A DNA stretch of 64,000 nt, from contig CAJOCR010000003.1 of NCBI GenBank assembly GCA_905236755.1, positions 77,550-141,549 on the forward strand, in the 5' to 3' direction. This DNA is from an uncultured Prevotella sp. (GTDB lineage Bacteria; Bacteroidota; Bacteroidia; Bacteroidales; Bacteroidaceae). Positions 1 to 8,428 of the stretch are shown in pieces; position 1 is the first letter of the stretch; each line of letters opens with the position of its first letter. The translations under genes and the position numbers were made by a program. Below the pieces are notes generated by a model. It was not told where the DNA came from and did not search any database. It was given only the letters and a program-made list of their open reading frames with translations.

Positions 1-2
1 GT

Positions 3-923
3 GGTAAGGTATTGCTTATCGACCAGGTGTTCAAGCAGCCCGACTGGAGCAAGGAGCTTCGTCGATGTTACGACGATTACAAAGACCTGAAGATTGTGTT
101 CACAGGTTCAAGCGTTATGCGACTGAAAGAAGAAAACCCCGAGCTCAATGGCATTGTGAAGAGTTACAACCTACGAGGTTTTTCTTTCCGCGAATACATC
201 AACCTGCAAACAGGCAATAATTTCCGTCCCTACAGTCTCGACGACATTATCAACAATCACGAGCACATCTGTCGTGAGATATTGCCTAATGTAAGTCCTA
301 TGCAGTATTTCCATGATTACCTGCATCACGGATTTTATCCATTCTTTCTTGAGCACAGAAACTTCTCAGAGAATCTGCTAAAAACAATGAATATGATGAC
401 CGAGGTAGATATCCTCCTCATCAAGCAGATAGAACTGAAATATCTAACTAAGATTAAGAAACTATTCTATGAGCTTGCTCTTGATGGTCCTAAAGCACCC
501 AACATCAGTAATCTCGCTCATGATATCGAAACAAGTCGTGCCACAGTAATGAACTACATTAAATATCTGGCCGACGCACGCCTTATCAACATTATTTATC
601 CTGTGGGACAGCAGTTCCCAAAGAAACCGTCAAAGGTGATGCTGCACAATCCAAATCTCATGTATACCATCTACCCTATCAAGGTGGAAGAACAGGACGT
701 GATGGAAACATTCTTTGTTAACTCGCTGTGGAAAGACCATCAGGTGAACCAGGCAGGCAAAGACCATTATTATATTGTTGACGAGAAAAGAAAATTCCGC
801 ATTAGCGATGCGCATAGCGAACATAAAATAAGGTATAACGCCGACACCATCTACGCACGCTATAACACAGAGGTGGGCAAAGACAATAGATTGCCGTTGT
901 GGCTGTTGGGGTTCCTGTATTAA
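3..923 (+). CDS. AAA_14/DUF4143-type ATP-binding protein (5' truncated by window edge)
   Basis: Open frame from the window edge. Walker-B-like LLIDQV, IVFTGSS, YLHHGFYPF, a HTH-like C-terminal region and the ending LPLWLLGFLY are typical of this family. Confidence 0.75.
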   Translation, partial: GKVLLIDQVFKQPDWSKELRRCYDDYKDLKIVFTGSSVMRLKEENPELNGIVKSYNLRGFSFREYINLQTGNNFRPYSLDDIINNHEHICREILPNVSPMQYFHDYLHHGFYPFFLEHRNFSENLLKTMNMMTEVDILLIKQIELKYLTKIKKLFYELALDGPKAPNISNLAHDIETSRATVMNYIKYLADARLINIIYPVGQQFPKKPSKVMLHNPNLMYTIYPIKVEEQDVMETFFVNSLWKDHQVNQAGKDHYYIVDEKRKFRISDAHSEHKIRYNADTIYARYNTEVGKDNRLPLWLLGFLY

Positions 924-954
924 AAAGACAAAAACTACTCAAGCAGAACAAACA

Positions 955-984
955 CCTCCCCTTTGGAGGGGAGGATGAGTAGGG
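955..984 (+). repeat. Family A palindromic repeat, copy 1
   Basis: CCTCCCCT-TTGG-AGGGGAGG perfect 8-bp stem plus purine tail, between the ATPase gene and nifJ. Confidence 0.75.
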
Positions 985-1017
985 TCTCGAATATAATTAA
1001 TTTATTTATCAAATAAA

Positions 1018-4000
1018 ATGGCTAAAGAAAAAAAGTTTATCACTTGTGATGGTAACACAGCTGCCGCTCATGTAAGCTATATGTTTACAGAGGTTGCTGC
1101 CATTTACCCTATCACTCCGTCTTCACCAATGGCGGAGCACGTAGACGAATGGGCTGCCAAAGGTCGTAAGAACCTTTTCGGTCAGACTGTTACAGTTCAG
1201 GAAATGGAATCAGAAGCTGGTGCTGCAGGCGCCCTTCACGGTTCACTCCAGTCTGGTGCATTGACATCTACCTACACAGCATCTCAGGGTCTTCTCTTGA
1301 TGATCCCTAACATGTATAAGATTGCTGGTGAGCTGCTGCCATGCGTTTTCAACGTATCTGCACGTACATTGGCTTCACACTCTCTCTGTATCTTCGGTGA
1401 CCACCAGGATGTAATGGCTTGTCGTCAGACAGGTTTCGCCATGTTCTGTTCTGGTTCAGTACAGGAGGTTATGGACCTCTCAGCTGTTCCTTACCTTTCT
1501 ACTTTGGAAAGCAAGGTTCCATTCATCAACTTCTTCGACGGTTTCCGTACATCTCACGAGTATCATAAGATTGAGGAGATGGACATGGAAGACATCCGTC
1601 CATTGGTTAAGAAAGAGTGGATTGAGGACTTCCGCAACCGCGCATTGAGTCCAGAGCGTCCTGTTACTCGCGGTACTGCTGAGAACCCAGAGACATTCTT
1701 CACTCATCGTGAGGCTTGCAACTCATACTACAACGCAATCCCAGAGATTGTAGAGAAGCACTTGGCTGAGGTATCAAAGATTACAGGTCGTGAGTACCAC
1801 CTCTTCAACTACTATGGTGCTGAGGACGCAGAGAACGTAATCGTTCTTATGGGTTCAGCTACAGAGCCAGCTCGCGAGGCTATCGACTTCCTCGTAAAGC
1901 AGGGCAAGAAGGTAGGTATGGTTGCTGTTCACCTGTATCGTCCATTCTCAGTAGAAGCTATCCGCAAGGCATTGCCAGCTACTGTTAAGCGCATTGCAGT
2001 TCTCGACCGTACTAAGGAGCCAGGAGCTGAGGGCGAGCCATTGTACCTCGATGTTAAGAGCGCACTCTACGACGACGAGCGCAAGCCTCTTATCGTTGGT
2101 GGTCGTTATGGTCTTGGTTCATCAGACACTACCCCAGCTAAGATCGTAGCAGTATTCAAGAATCTTGAATTGCCAGAGCCAAAGAACCACTTCACAGTAG
2201 GTATCGTTGACGATGTAACCTTCACCTCACTTCCTGAGGAAGAGGAAATCCCAATGGGTGGCGACTCTTTGTTCGAGGCTAAGTTCTTCGGTTTGGGTTC
2301 AGACGGTACTGTAGGTGCTAACAAGAACTCTGTTCAGATTATCGGTAACAACACCAATAAGTATTGCCAGGCATACTTCTCTTACGACTCTAAGAAGTCA
2401 GGTGGTTTCACATGTTCTCACCTTCGTTTCGGTGACGACCCAATCCACTCAGCATACTTGGTAAATACTCCAAACTTCGTTGCATGTCACGTACAGGCTT
2501 ACCTGCACATGTACGATGTAACACGTGGTTTGCGCGACAACGGTTTCTTCCTGTTGAACACAATCTTCGATGGCGAGGAACTCGTTAACTTCTTGCCAAA
2601 CAACGTAAAGAAGTATTTCGCAAAGCACAACATCAAGGTTTACTATATCAACGCTGGTAAGATTGGTCAGGAGATTGGTCTTGGCAACCGCACCAACACA
2701 ATCCTCCAGAGCGCATTCTTCCGCATCACAGGCGTTATCCCTGTTGACCTTGCAGTAGAGCAGATGAAGAAGTTCATCGTTAAGTCTTACGGCAAGAAGG
2801 GCGAGGATATCGTTAACATGAACTATGCAGCTGTTGACCGCGGTGGTGAATACAAAGAACTCACCGTTGATCCAGCATGGGCAAACCTTCCAGACGATGA
2901 GAAGAAGGTTGACGACGCACCAGACTTCGTTAAGGAGCTCGTTCGTCCAATGAATGCTCAGGCAGGCGATTTGCTTAAGGTATCAGACTTCGTTAAGCAC
3001 AACACCGTTGACGGTACATGGCAGAATGGTACAGCCGCTTACGAGAAGCGTGGTGTAGAAACATTCGTTCCAGTATGGAATGTTGAAAACTGTATCCAGT
3101 GTAACAAGTGTTCATTCGTATGTCCTCACGCAGCTATCCGTCCATTCGTACTCGACGAGAACGAAAAGGCAGGCTTCGAGGGTGCTACACAGGAGGTTAT
3201 CGCTCCAAAGGCACTCAAGGGCATGAACTTCCGCATTCAGGTATCAGTACTCGACTGTCTTGGTTGTGGTAACTGTGCTGATGTCTGCCCAGGTAAGAAG
3301 GGCGAGAAGGCATTGAAGATGGTTCCATTCAACGTTGATGCCGAGGATATGGTACAGGAAGCTAAGAACTGGGAATACATGGTTAAGAAGGTGGCTTCTA
3401 AGCAGGATCTCGTTGACATCAAGATGAATCCTAAGAACTCACAGTTCGCACAGCCATTGTTCGAGTTCTCTGGCGCTTGCTCTGGTTGTGGTGAAACACC
3501 ATACGTAAAGCTCATCTCTCAGCTCTTCGGTGACCGTCAGATGATTGCTAACGCAACAGGTTGTTCATCAATCTACTCAGCATCAGTACCAGCTACACCA
3601 TACACAACCAACGCTAAGGGACAGGGTCCTGCATTCGACAACTCATTGTTCGAGGACTTCTGCGAGTTCGGTCTTGGTATGGCTATGGGTAACAAGAAGA
3701 TGAAGAGCCGCATCGTTGAACTGCTCAACCAGGCTAAGGAAAGCGGTAAGGCTTCTGAGGCTTATAAGGCAGCAGCCGACAAGTGGATTGCTTCTAAGGA
3801 CGATGCCGATGCTTCTAAGGAAGCAGCAGCCGAGCTCAAGCCACTCATCGCAGAGGCAGCAGCTGCAGGTTGCGAAATCAACAAGGAGCTCAAGACCCTC
3901 GACCACTACCTCGTAAAGCGCAGCCAGTGGATCATCGGTGGTGACGGTGCTTCTTACGATATCGGTTACGGCGGTCTCGACCACGTATTGGCATCAGGCG

Positions 4001-4617
4001 AAGATGTAAACATCCTCGTTCTCGATACCGAGGTTTACTCAAACACAGGTGGTCAGAGCTCTAAGTCAACACCTATCGGTGCTATCGCACAGTTCGCAGC
4101 ATCAGGTAAGCGAGTAAGCAAGAAAGACCTCGGTCTCATGCAGGCAACCTACGGCTATGTATATGTAGCACAGGTAGCTATGGGTGCCGACAATGCACAG
4201 ACCCTCAAGGCTATCCGCGAGGCTGAGGCATACCCAGGTCCATCACTCGTTATCGCATACGCACCATGTATCAACCACGGTATCAAGGGTAAGGATTCCG
4301 ACGGCAAGGGCAAGCGTTCAATGAACCGCAGCCAGCACGAGGAAGCACTTGCAGTAGAGTGTGGTTACTGGCACTTGTGGCGTTTCGACCCACGTTTGGC
4401 TAAGGAAGGCAAGAACCCATTCCAGCTCGATTCTAAAGAGCCTAACTGGGATGAATTCCGTAACTATCTCATGGGTGAGGTTCGTTTCGCTTCTCTCAAG
4501 AAAGCATTCCCAGAGGAGGCAGAAGAGCTCTACACAGAAACCCAGAAGAGCGCTATGCGCCGCTACAAGACCTATGTTCGTAAGAGCAAGGAAGACTGGA
4601 GCGACGAAGCTGAATAA
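1018..4617 (+). CDS. nifJ: Pyruvate:ferredoxin (flavodoxin) oxidoreductase
   Basis: 1199 aa. YPITPSS, two CxxCxxCxxxCP ferredoxin motifs, FSGACSGCGE and the TPP-binding GGDGASYDIG are present; codon use is that of a highly expressed gene. Confidence 0.97.
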   Translation: MAKEKKFITCDGNTAAAHVSYMFTEVAAIYPITPSSPMAEHVDEWAAKGRKNLFGQTVTVQEMESEAGAAGALHGSLQSGALTSTYTASQGLLLMIPNMYKIAGELLPCVFNVSARTLASHSLCIFGDHQDVMACRQTGFAMFCSGSVQEVMDLSAVPYLSTLESKVPFINFFDGFRTSHEYHKIEEMDMEDIRPLVKKEWIEDFRNRALSPERPVTRGTAENPETFFTHREACNSYYNAIPEIVEKHLAEVSKITGREYHLFNYYGAEDAENVIVLMGSATEPAREAIDFLVKQGKKVGMVAVHLYRPFSVEAIRKALPATVKRIAVLDRTKEPGAEGEPLYLDVKSALYDDERKPLIVGGRYGLGSSDTTPAKIVAVFKNLELPEPKNHFTVGIVDDVTFTSLPEEEEIPMGGDSLFEAKFFGLGSDGTVGANKNSVQIIGNNTNKYCQAYFSYDSKKSGGFTCSHLRFGDDPIHSAYLVNTPNFVACHVQAYLHMYDVTRGLRDNGFFLLNTIFDGEELVNFLPNNVKKYFAKHNIKVYYINAGKIGQEIGLGNRTNTILQSAFFRITGVIPVDLAVEQMKKFIVKSYGKKGEDIVNMNYAAVDRGGEYKELTVDPAWANLPDDEKKVDDAPDFVKELVRPMNAQAGDLLKVSDFVKHNTVDGTWQNGTAAYEKRGVETFVPVWNVENCIQCNKCSFVCPHAAIRPFVLDENEKAGFEGATQEVIAPKALKGMNFRIQVSVLDCLGCGNCADVCPGKKGEKALKMVPFNVDAEDMVQEAKNWEYMVKKVASKQDLVDIKMNPKNSQFAQPLFEFSGACSGCGETPYVKLISQLFGDRQMIANATGCSSIYSASVPATPYTTNAKGQGPAFDNSLFEDFCEFGLGMAMGNKKMKSRIVELLNQAKESGKASEAYKAAADKWIASKDDADASKEAAAELKPLIAEAAAAGCEINKELKTLDHYLVKRSQWIIGGDGASYDIGYGGLDHVLASGEDVNILVLDTEVYSNTGGQSSKSTPIGAIAQFAASGKRVSKKDLGLMQATYGYVYVAQVAMGADNAQTLKAIREAEAYPGPSLVIAYAPCINHGIKGKDSDGKGKRSMNRSQHEEALAVECGYWHLWRFDPRLAKEGKNPFQLDSKEPNWDEFRNYLMGEVRFASLKKAFPEEAEELYTETQKSAMRRYKTYVRKSKEDWSDEAE

Positions 4618-4625
4618 TCCCCTAC

Positions 4626-4647
4626 GCGAAGCGCTTTTGCGCTTCGC
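4626..4647. repeat. GCGAAGC-type mini-hairpin followed by heptamer-like repeats
   Basis: GCGAAGCGC-TTTT-GCGCTTCGC, then AAATGAA/AAATGAT/AATTGAT. A relative sits at 37770-37788. Confidence 0.65.
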
Positions 4648-4714
4648 TAAATGAAAAATGATAATTGATAAAGTTTCATTATTTCAATTTTTACATTTTT
4701 CTCAGGGTAAACAT

Positions 4715-4751
4715 AAAAAGCCTCTTGCAGATAGTCTGCAAGAGGCTTTTT
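4715..4751. terminator. Bidirectional rho-independent terminator after nifJ
   Basis: AAAAAGCCTCTTGCAG-ATAGT-CTGCAAGAGGCTTTTT perfect inverted repeat with A/T tails. Confidence 0.9.
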
Positions 4752-4800
4752 CTTTTAAGCCACGATACAAAATATGTGTTATCTGGGGTATCTGAGAGCC

Positions 4801-4899
4801 TCACTCTTCCACCTTTCTCTTTGACTTTCCGCAGCGACAAGTGTTGGCATGCTTGCCCACCTTCATCAACTGCTCTTTAGCTTTTACTTTAAGTGCCAT
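4801..4899 (-). pseudogene. 32-codon ORF MALKVKAKEQLMKVGKHANTCRCGKSKRKVEE, probably a 5' fragment of a Prevotella HU-like DNA-binding protein gene
   Basis: ATG preceded by the A/T-rich TTTTTAATCATT. The N-terminus resembles, from recall, the MALKVKAxE...KxGxYAxTYRY start of Prevotella HU-like proteins, then diverges and stops. Confidence 0.45.
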
Positions 4900-5179
4900 A
4901 ATGATTAAAAATTTTAAGTTGTAAACAATTATCACATCCTTAAAACCTTCTCCTTTGTCGTGCTTTTCTGCGGGTGTACTAAGAAAAATTACTCGTGCAC
5001 TAAGAAAATATTTTTCTTTAGTAGGGCCGCAAAATTCGTTGCATTTCATCTGTCTTGCAACTATGTTGCATAGTTGCAAAATATATTTCGTTTGTGCAAA
5101 TATTTTCAATGTTTTTTTTCAAATAAATGCAAGTCATCCACACGCCAAGTTACTCACTTACTCTTTTATTTTTAAGTCA

Positions 5180-5630
5180 ATGACAGAAATGAAGATTTTC
5201 CTAAAACCTTTCTTCTGAGAGATTAGGACAGTAAAACTTCCTGAGGGGCAAGTGCCTTTTGTTGACAAGAATGTAGCTACAGCTGTTGGGTATACCAAAG
5301 CAGACAAGGTGATGAAACAGCATGTAGAAACCGACGACAACTGAGGTACCAAATCGGTACGTCAGGTCAGAAAAGAGATAACATTGATAGCAAATTCCCT
5401 GCTGATGGTTATGCAGAAGCACATCAAAAGAACATGGAATTTCTCAAGATTAGTTACCATACTACGAACACATGATTGATAGCTTTTCAACTTTTAGCGG
5501 ACAGCAATGTTTTTTAGAAAACGAAAAGAAAACAAATGCTGTTGCAAATCATGTTGAAGATGAAGCCAAAAACACCGTCGCAAATTGCGACACTGGTTCT
5601 AACTACAAAAACAAATGATGTACAATGAAA
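5180..5630 (+). pseudogene. Degenerate BRO-N (phage antirepressor-like) gene fragments
   Basis: Frame from 5180 reads MTEMKIFLKPFF*EIRTVKLPEGQVPFVDKNVATAVGYTKADKVMKQHVETDDN*, matching the BRO-N pattern F..FGEIRTV...PxFVGKDVA..LGY......HV..DD. A second fragment NAVANHVEDEAKNTVANCDTGSNYKNK* and a shifted MMYNES lie at about 5535-5630. Confidence 0.65.
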
Positions 5631-5644
5631 GTTTTTTAACTAAT

Positions 5645-6208
5645 CTATAGTATTAAATGTTTCATTGGGTGACCACCCCATTGGTTGTCGTTAACATATC
5701 TGAAACCTACAGAAAGATATAAAGATTCGCCTGCAGGATTACCTTTATCCACCAATAACCCAACGCAAGGTATTTTCATTTGATTGGCTTTCTCTTTTGT
5801 AGCTTTCAAAAGTCTCTGGGCAATACCTTGGCGACGATATTCAGGTATCACAGCCAAAGAGTCGAGATATAGTTCACCCGCTTGTGTTTCATCGTCAATC
5901 AGCGAATGGTCTTTGCCTATTTGTTCTCTTGCGACTTCAATAAAGACTTGGCGTAGTTCATGTAATAGGGCACCATCATAGCTCACAGCAACACCTACAA
6001 GTTTATCGTTATCCATAGCCACCAGCGCATTCTTGTAACTATATTGCGAATCTGTGCGTTCTACAAGTGATGTCATCATTTTATGGAAGTCGGTAAGTCC
6101 ATACCCCTCTCCACAAAAATACAGACAGCATTCGTCGGTCATTGCTATCATAATCAATCGGGCAATTTCTGCTGATTGTTCTTTATGCGCCCTCTTTATT
6201 TCTATCAT
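5645..6208 (-). CDS. GNAT family N-acetyltransferase
   Basis: LYLDSLAVIPEYRRQGIAQRLL acetyl-CoA motif A, and N..A..LYLSVGF. Confidence 0.9.
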   Translation of the reverse strand: MIEIKRAHKEQSAEIARLIMIAMTDECCLYFCGEGYGLTDFHKMMTSLVERTDSQYSYKNALVAMDNDKLVGVAVSYDGALLHELRQVFIEVAREQIGKDHSLIDDETQAGELYLDSLAVIPEYRRQGIAQRLLKATKEKANQMKIPCVGLLVDKGNPAGESLYLSVGFRYVNDNQWGGHPMKHLIL

Positions 6209-6215
6209 TATTTTA

Positions 6216-7334
6216 TTAGTTTTTTCTCTTCAAGAAATTAAATCCAAAATAGAAGTTGATACTTCCAAAGGTGTTGTTGGTGTAGAACTGTTGCTGTTTG
6301 TAGTTATAGCTATGGAAGATGGCGCTTGCACCAGCAAACCATTTTGTATTGTTCCATACAATGCCAAGGCGAAGAATACCGTTGTAATTGAGTTTCTTGA
6401 TATGGTCGTAGAACTTGGCAGAATCAGTATCGTCGCTGGTAGAATGATTATAAGCTAATCCTGTTGACAGAGACGCGTTGAACAGCCAGTTGCGTGCAAA
6501 CACCCAGTTATAAGAATAGCCAGCAGAGAGTGCAATATCGGTGTATTTTACATTGCTGATTTTTAAAGTAGGTGCAACAATATCTGTAGCATTAAAAACT
6601 TGGTCAACGATATTTTCAAAGCAGTCCCAATCTACACGCAGAGTGTGAACGGTATATCCAAGTCCAAATAACCAACTTCCTGCCGACTTACGTTGAACGG
6701 TACTTTGGCTATATGCTGCAGGATAAGAGAATCGCTTGTTGTTGACTATATAATAGATGTTGAATCCTTTGATAGTAGCTTCCAGACCATTAAAAGCCAA
6801 GCCATTGAGATTTGAGGTGTCGTATTGCGAACCAATATTCACATTGCGAAGTTTGTAATCATCGCCTGTTTCACGCCAAAACAAGTCAACTCCCAGTTTA
6901 CTGCTATAGAGACTAATATTAAAATCTTTTTTGGAATTTCCACCTCCACCTAAATGTGTTACATCAACGGTGTAACCAAGGAATATCCAACGCCAACCAA
7001 AATAAGGTCCCATGCGGAAAGTTGGATCAGGGGCGAACTTTACACTTTGTCCCTCCTTATTGCTTATTCGATACACTTCATAGGTGTTGGTGTTCTGAAG
7101 CATCAAGGCATAGTTGTAATGCTGTGGCTCAATGTATTCTTCATCGTAATCAGAAAAACTGCGAACAATATCGCCTATGAAGCTAAAAATTTTTTTCTTC
7201 TTTTTATGTGTAACAACGGTGGTACTATCCTCCATGCCAACAGCAGAATCTCTGCTCAAGGAATCACCCTGAGCACAAGTTGGCAATGAAGAAAATGCCA
7301 TTAATGCGAATACTATTTCCCTTATGATACTCAA
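6216..7334 (-). CDS. DUF4421-like outer-membrane protein
   Basis: Signal-like N-terminus, alternating aromatic beta-strands, C-terminal FYFGFNF. Start (TTG) uncertain. Confidence 0.6.
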   Translation of the reverse strand: MSIIREIVFALMAFSSLPTCAQGDSLSRDSAVGMEDSTTVVTHKKKKKIFSFIGDIVRSFSDYDEEYIEPQHYNYALMLQNTNTYEVYRISNKEGQSVKFAPDPTFRMGPYFGWRWIFLGYTVDVTHLGGGGNSKKDFNISLYSSKLGVDLFWRETGDDYKLRNVNIGSQYDTSNLNGLAFNGLEATIKGFNIYYIVNNKRFSYPAAYSQSTVQRKSAGSWLFGLGYTVHTLRVDWDCFENIVDQVFNATDIVAPTLKISNVKYTDIALSAGYSYNWVFARNWLFNASLSTGLAYNHSTSDDTDSAKFYDHIKKLNYNGILRLGIVWNNTKWFAGASAIFHSYNYKQQQFYTNNTFGSINFYFGFNFLKRKN

Positions 7335-7351
7335 GAATTTATATTCTTTTG

Positions 7352-8335
7352 TTATAGTTTACCTAAAATACGGTCCATAACCCAGTTCACTGGTGTGGCG
7401 CTGATGCTGGTGCTGCTGCACGAGCCGATGCCCTGAAGGTCTTCGATTACCGACTTGATTATTGGCAGCTGCACGTAAGGTGGATTCTTGACGACAATAC
7501 TCATGTTGCCCTCGCTGGTTACAACCTGAATAGGGTCGTAGTTATACACCGAGAATGAGAGGGTGCCCTTCTCGCCTATTATCTCTATGCGGTCTTCCTT
7601 GGCACTCTGGTGTCCTACGAAACACCATGAGGCACTTCCAGGGAGTCCGTTCTCGAAGAGGAAACAAGAGGAGATGGTGTCTTCAGCCTGATAAAGATGG
7701 GCACGGTTGGCACAGTATCCATGTGCACGGGTGATGACTCCAAAGAGGTCTTGCAACAAATCGAGCTGATGAGGTGCAAGATCATAGAAGTAACCACCAC
7801 CTGCAATGTCTGGCTGCAAGCGCCATGGAAGGTTTTTCTTGCTGTTATAATCGAGGTCGCGTGGTGGCACAGAGAATCGTATCTGCACATTGGTTACATT
7901 GCCAATGACACCATTGTTGACTATCTCCTTGACACGTTGAAAATAAGGAAGGTAACGACGGTAGTATGCCACAAAGCAAGGCACTCCCGTCTGTTCGCTT
8001 ATGCGGTTAACACGTGCACAGTCTTCGTAACTGGCAGCAAGTGGTTTCTCCACATACACAGGCTTGCCTGCCTTCATTGCCATGATGGCGAATGTGGCAT
8101 GGCTGCTTGGTGGTGTAGCAATATATATTGCATTTACATCAGGATCATCGATGAGTTCCTGTGCATCGGTGTACCACTTGCGAATGTGATGTCGCTCGGC
8201 ATAAGAACGTGCCTTTGCTTCGCTGCGGCTCATGACAGCCTCAACGTGCGACCCTTCTACTTCATTGAAGGCTGGTCCCGACTTTTTCTCGGTGACCTCG
8301 CCACAACCTATAAATCCCCAAGCTATTTCTTTCAT
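7352..8335 (-). CDS. Gfo/Idh/MocA family oxidoreductase
   Basis: WGFIGCG Rossmann motif, YIATPP, VYVEKP, GGG...DLAPHQLD. Confidence 0.92.
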   Translation of the reverse strand: MKEIAWGFIGCGEVTEKKSGPAFNEVEGSHVEAVMSRSEAKARSYAERHHIRKWYTDAQELIDDPDVNAIYIATPPSSHATFAIMAMKAGKPVYVEKPLAASYEDCARVNRISEQTGVPCFVAYYRRYLPYFQRVKEIVNNGVIGNVTNVQIRFSVPPRDLDYNSKKNLPWRLQPDIAGGGYFYDLAPHQLDLLQDLFGVITRAHGYCANRAHLYQAEDTISSCFLFENGLPGSASWCFVGHQSAKEDRIEIIGEKGTLSFSVYNYDPIQVVTSEGNMSIVVKNPPYVQLPIIKSVIEDLQGIGSCSSTSISATPVNWVMDRILGKL

Positions 8336-8347
8336 AATTTATTTTTT

Positions 8348-8428
8348 ATCGGAGTAATCGGAAAATTCGGAGTATTCAGAATAATCGGAGTATTCAGAAA
8401 AATCGGAAAATTCAGAATAATCAGAGAA
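8348..8428. repeat. Degenerate 9-bp tandem repeat, 9 units
   Basis: ATCGGAGTA ATCGGAAAA TTCGGAGTA TTCAGAATA ATCGGAGTA TTCAGAAAA ATCGGAAAA TTCAGAATA ATCAGAGAA. Confidence 0.9.

Noticed and set aside
1480-4654. Multiple 60-113-aa ORFs overlapping nifJ, and similar ones inside other large genes
   Set aside because: They are antisense or off-frame shadows of strongly codon-biased genes, with no initiation context or motifs.
5216-5218. In-frame TGA in the BRO-N fragment as selenocysteine or stop-codon recoding
   Set aside because: It aligns with a conserved Gly (one substitution from GGA), further stops and frameshifts follow, and all intact genes here use TGA as stop.
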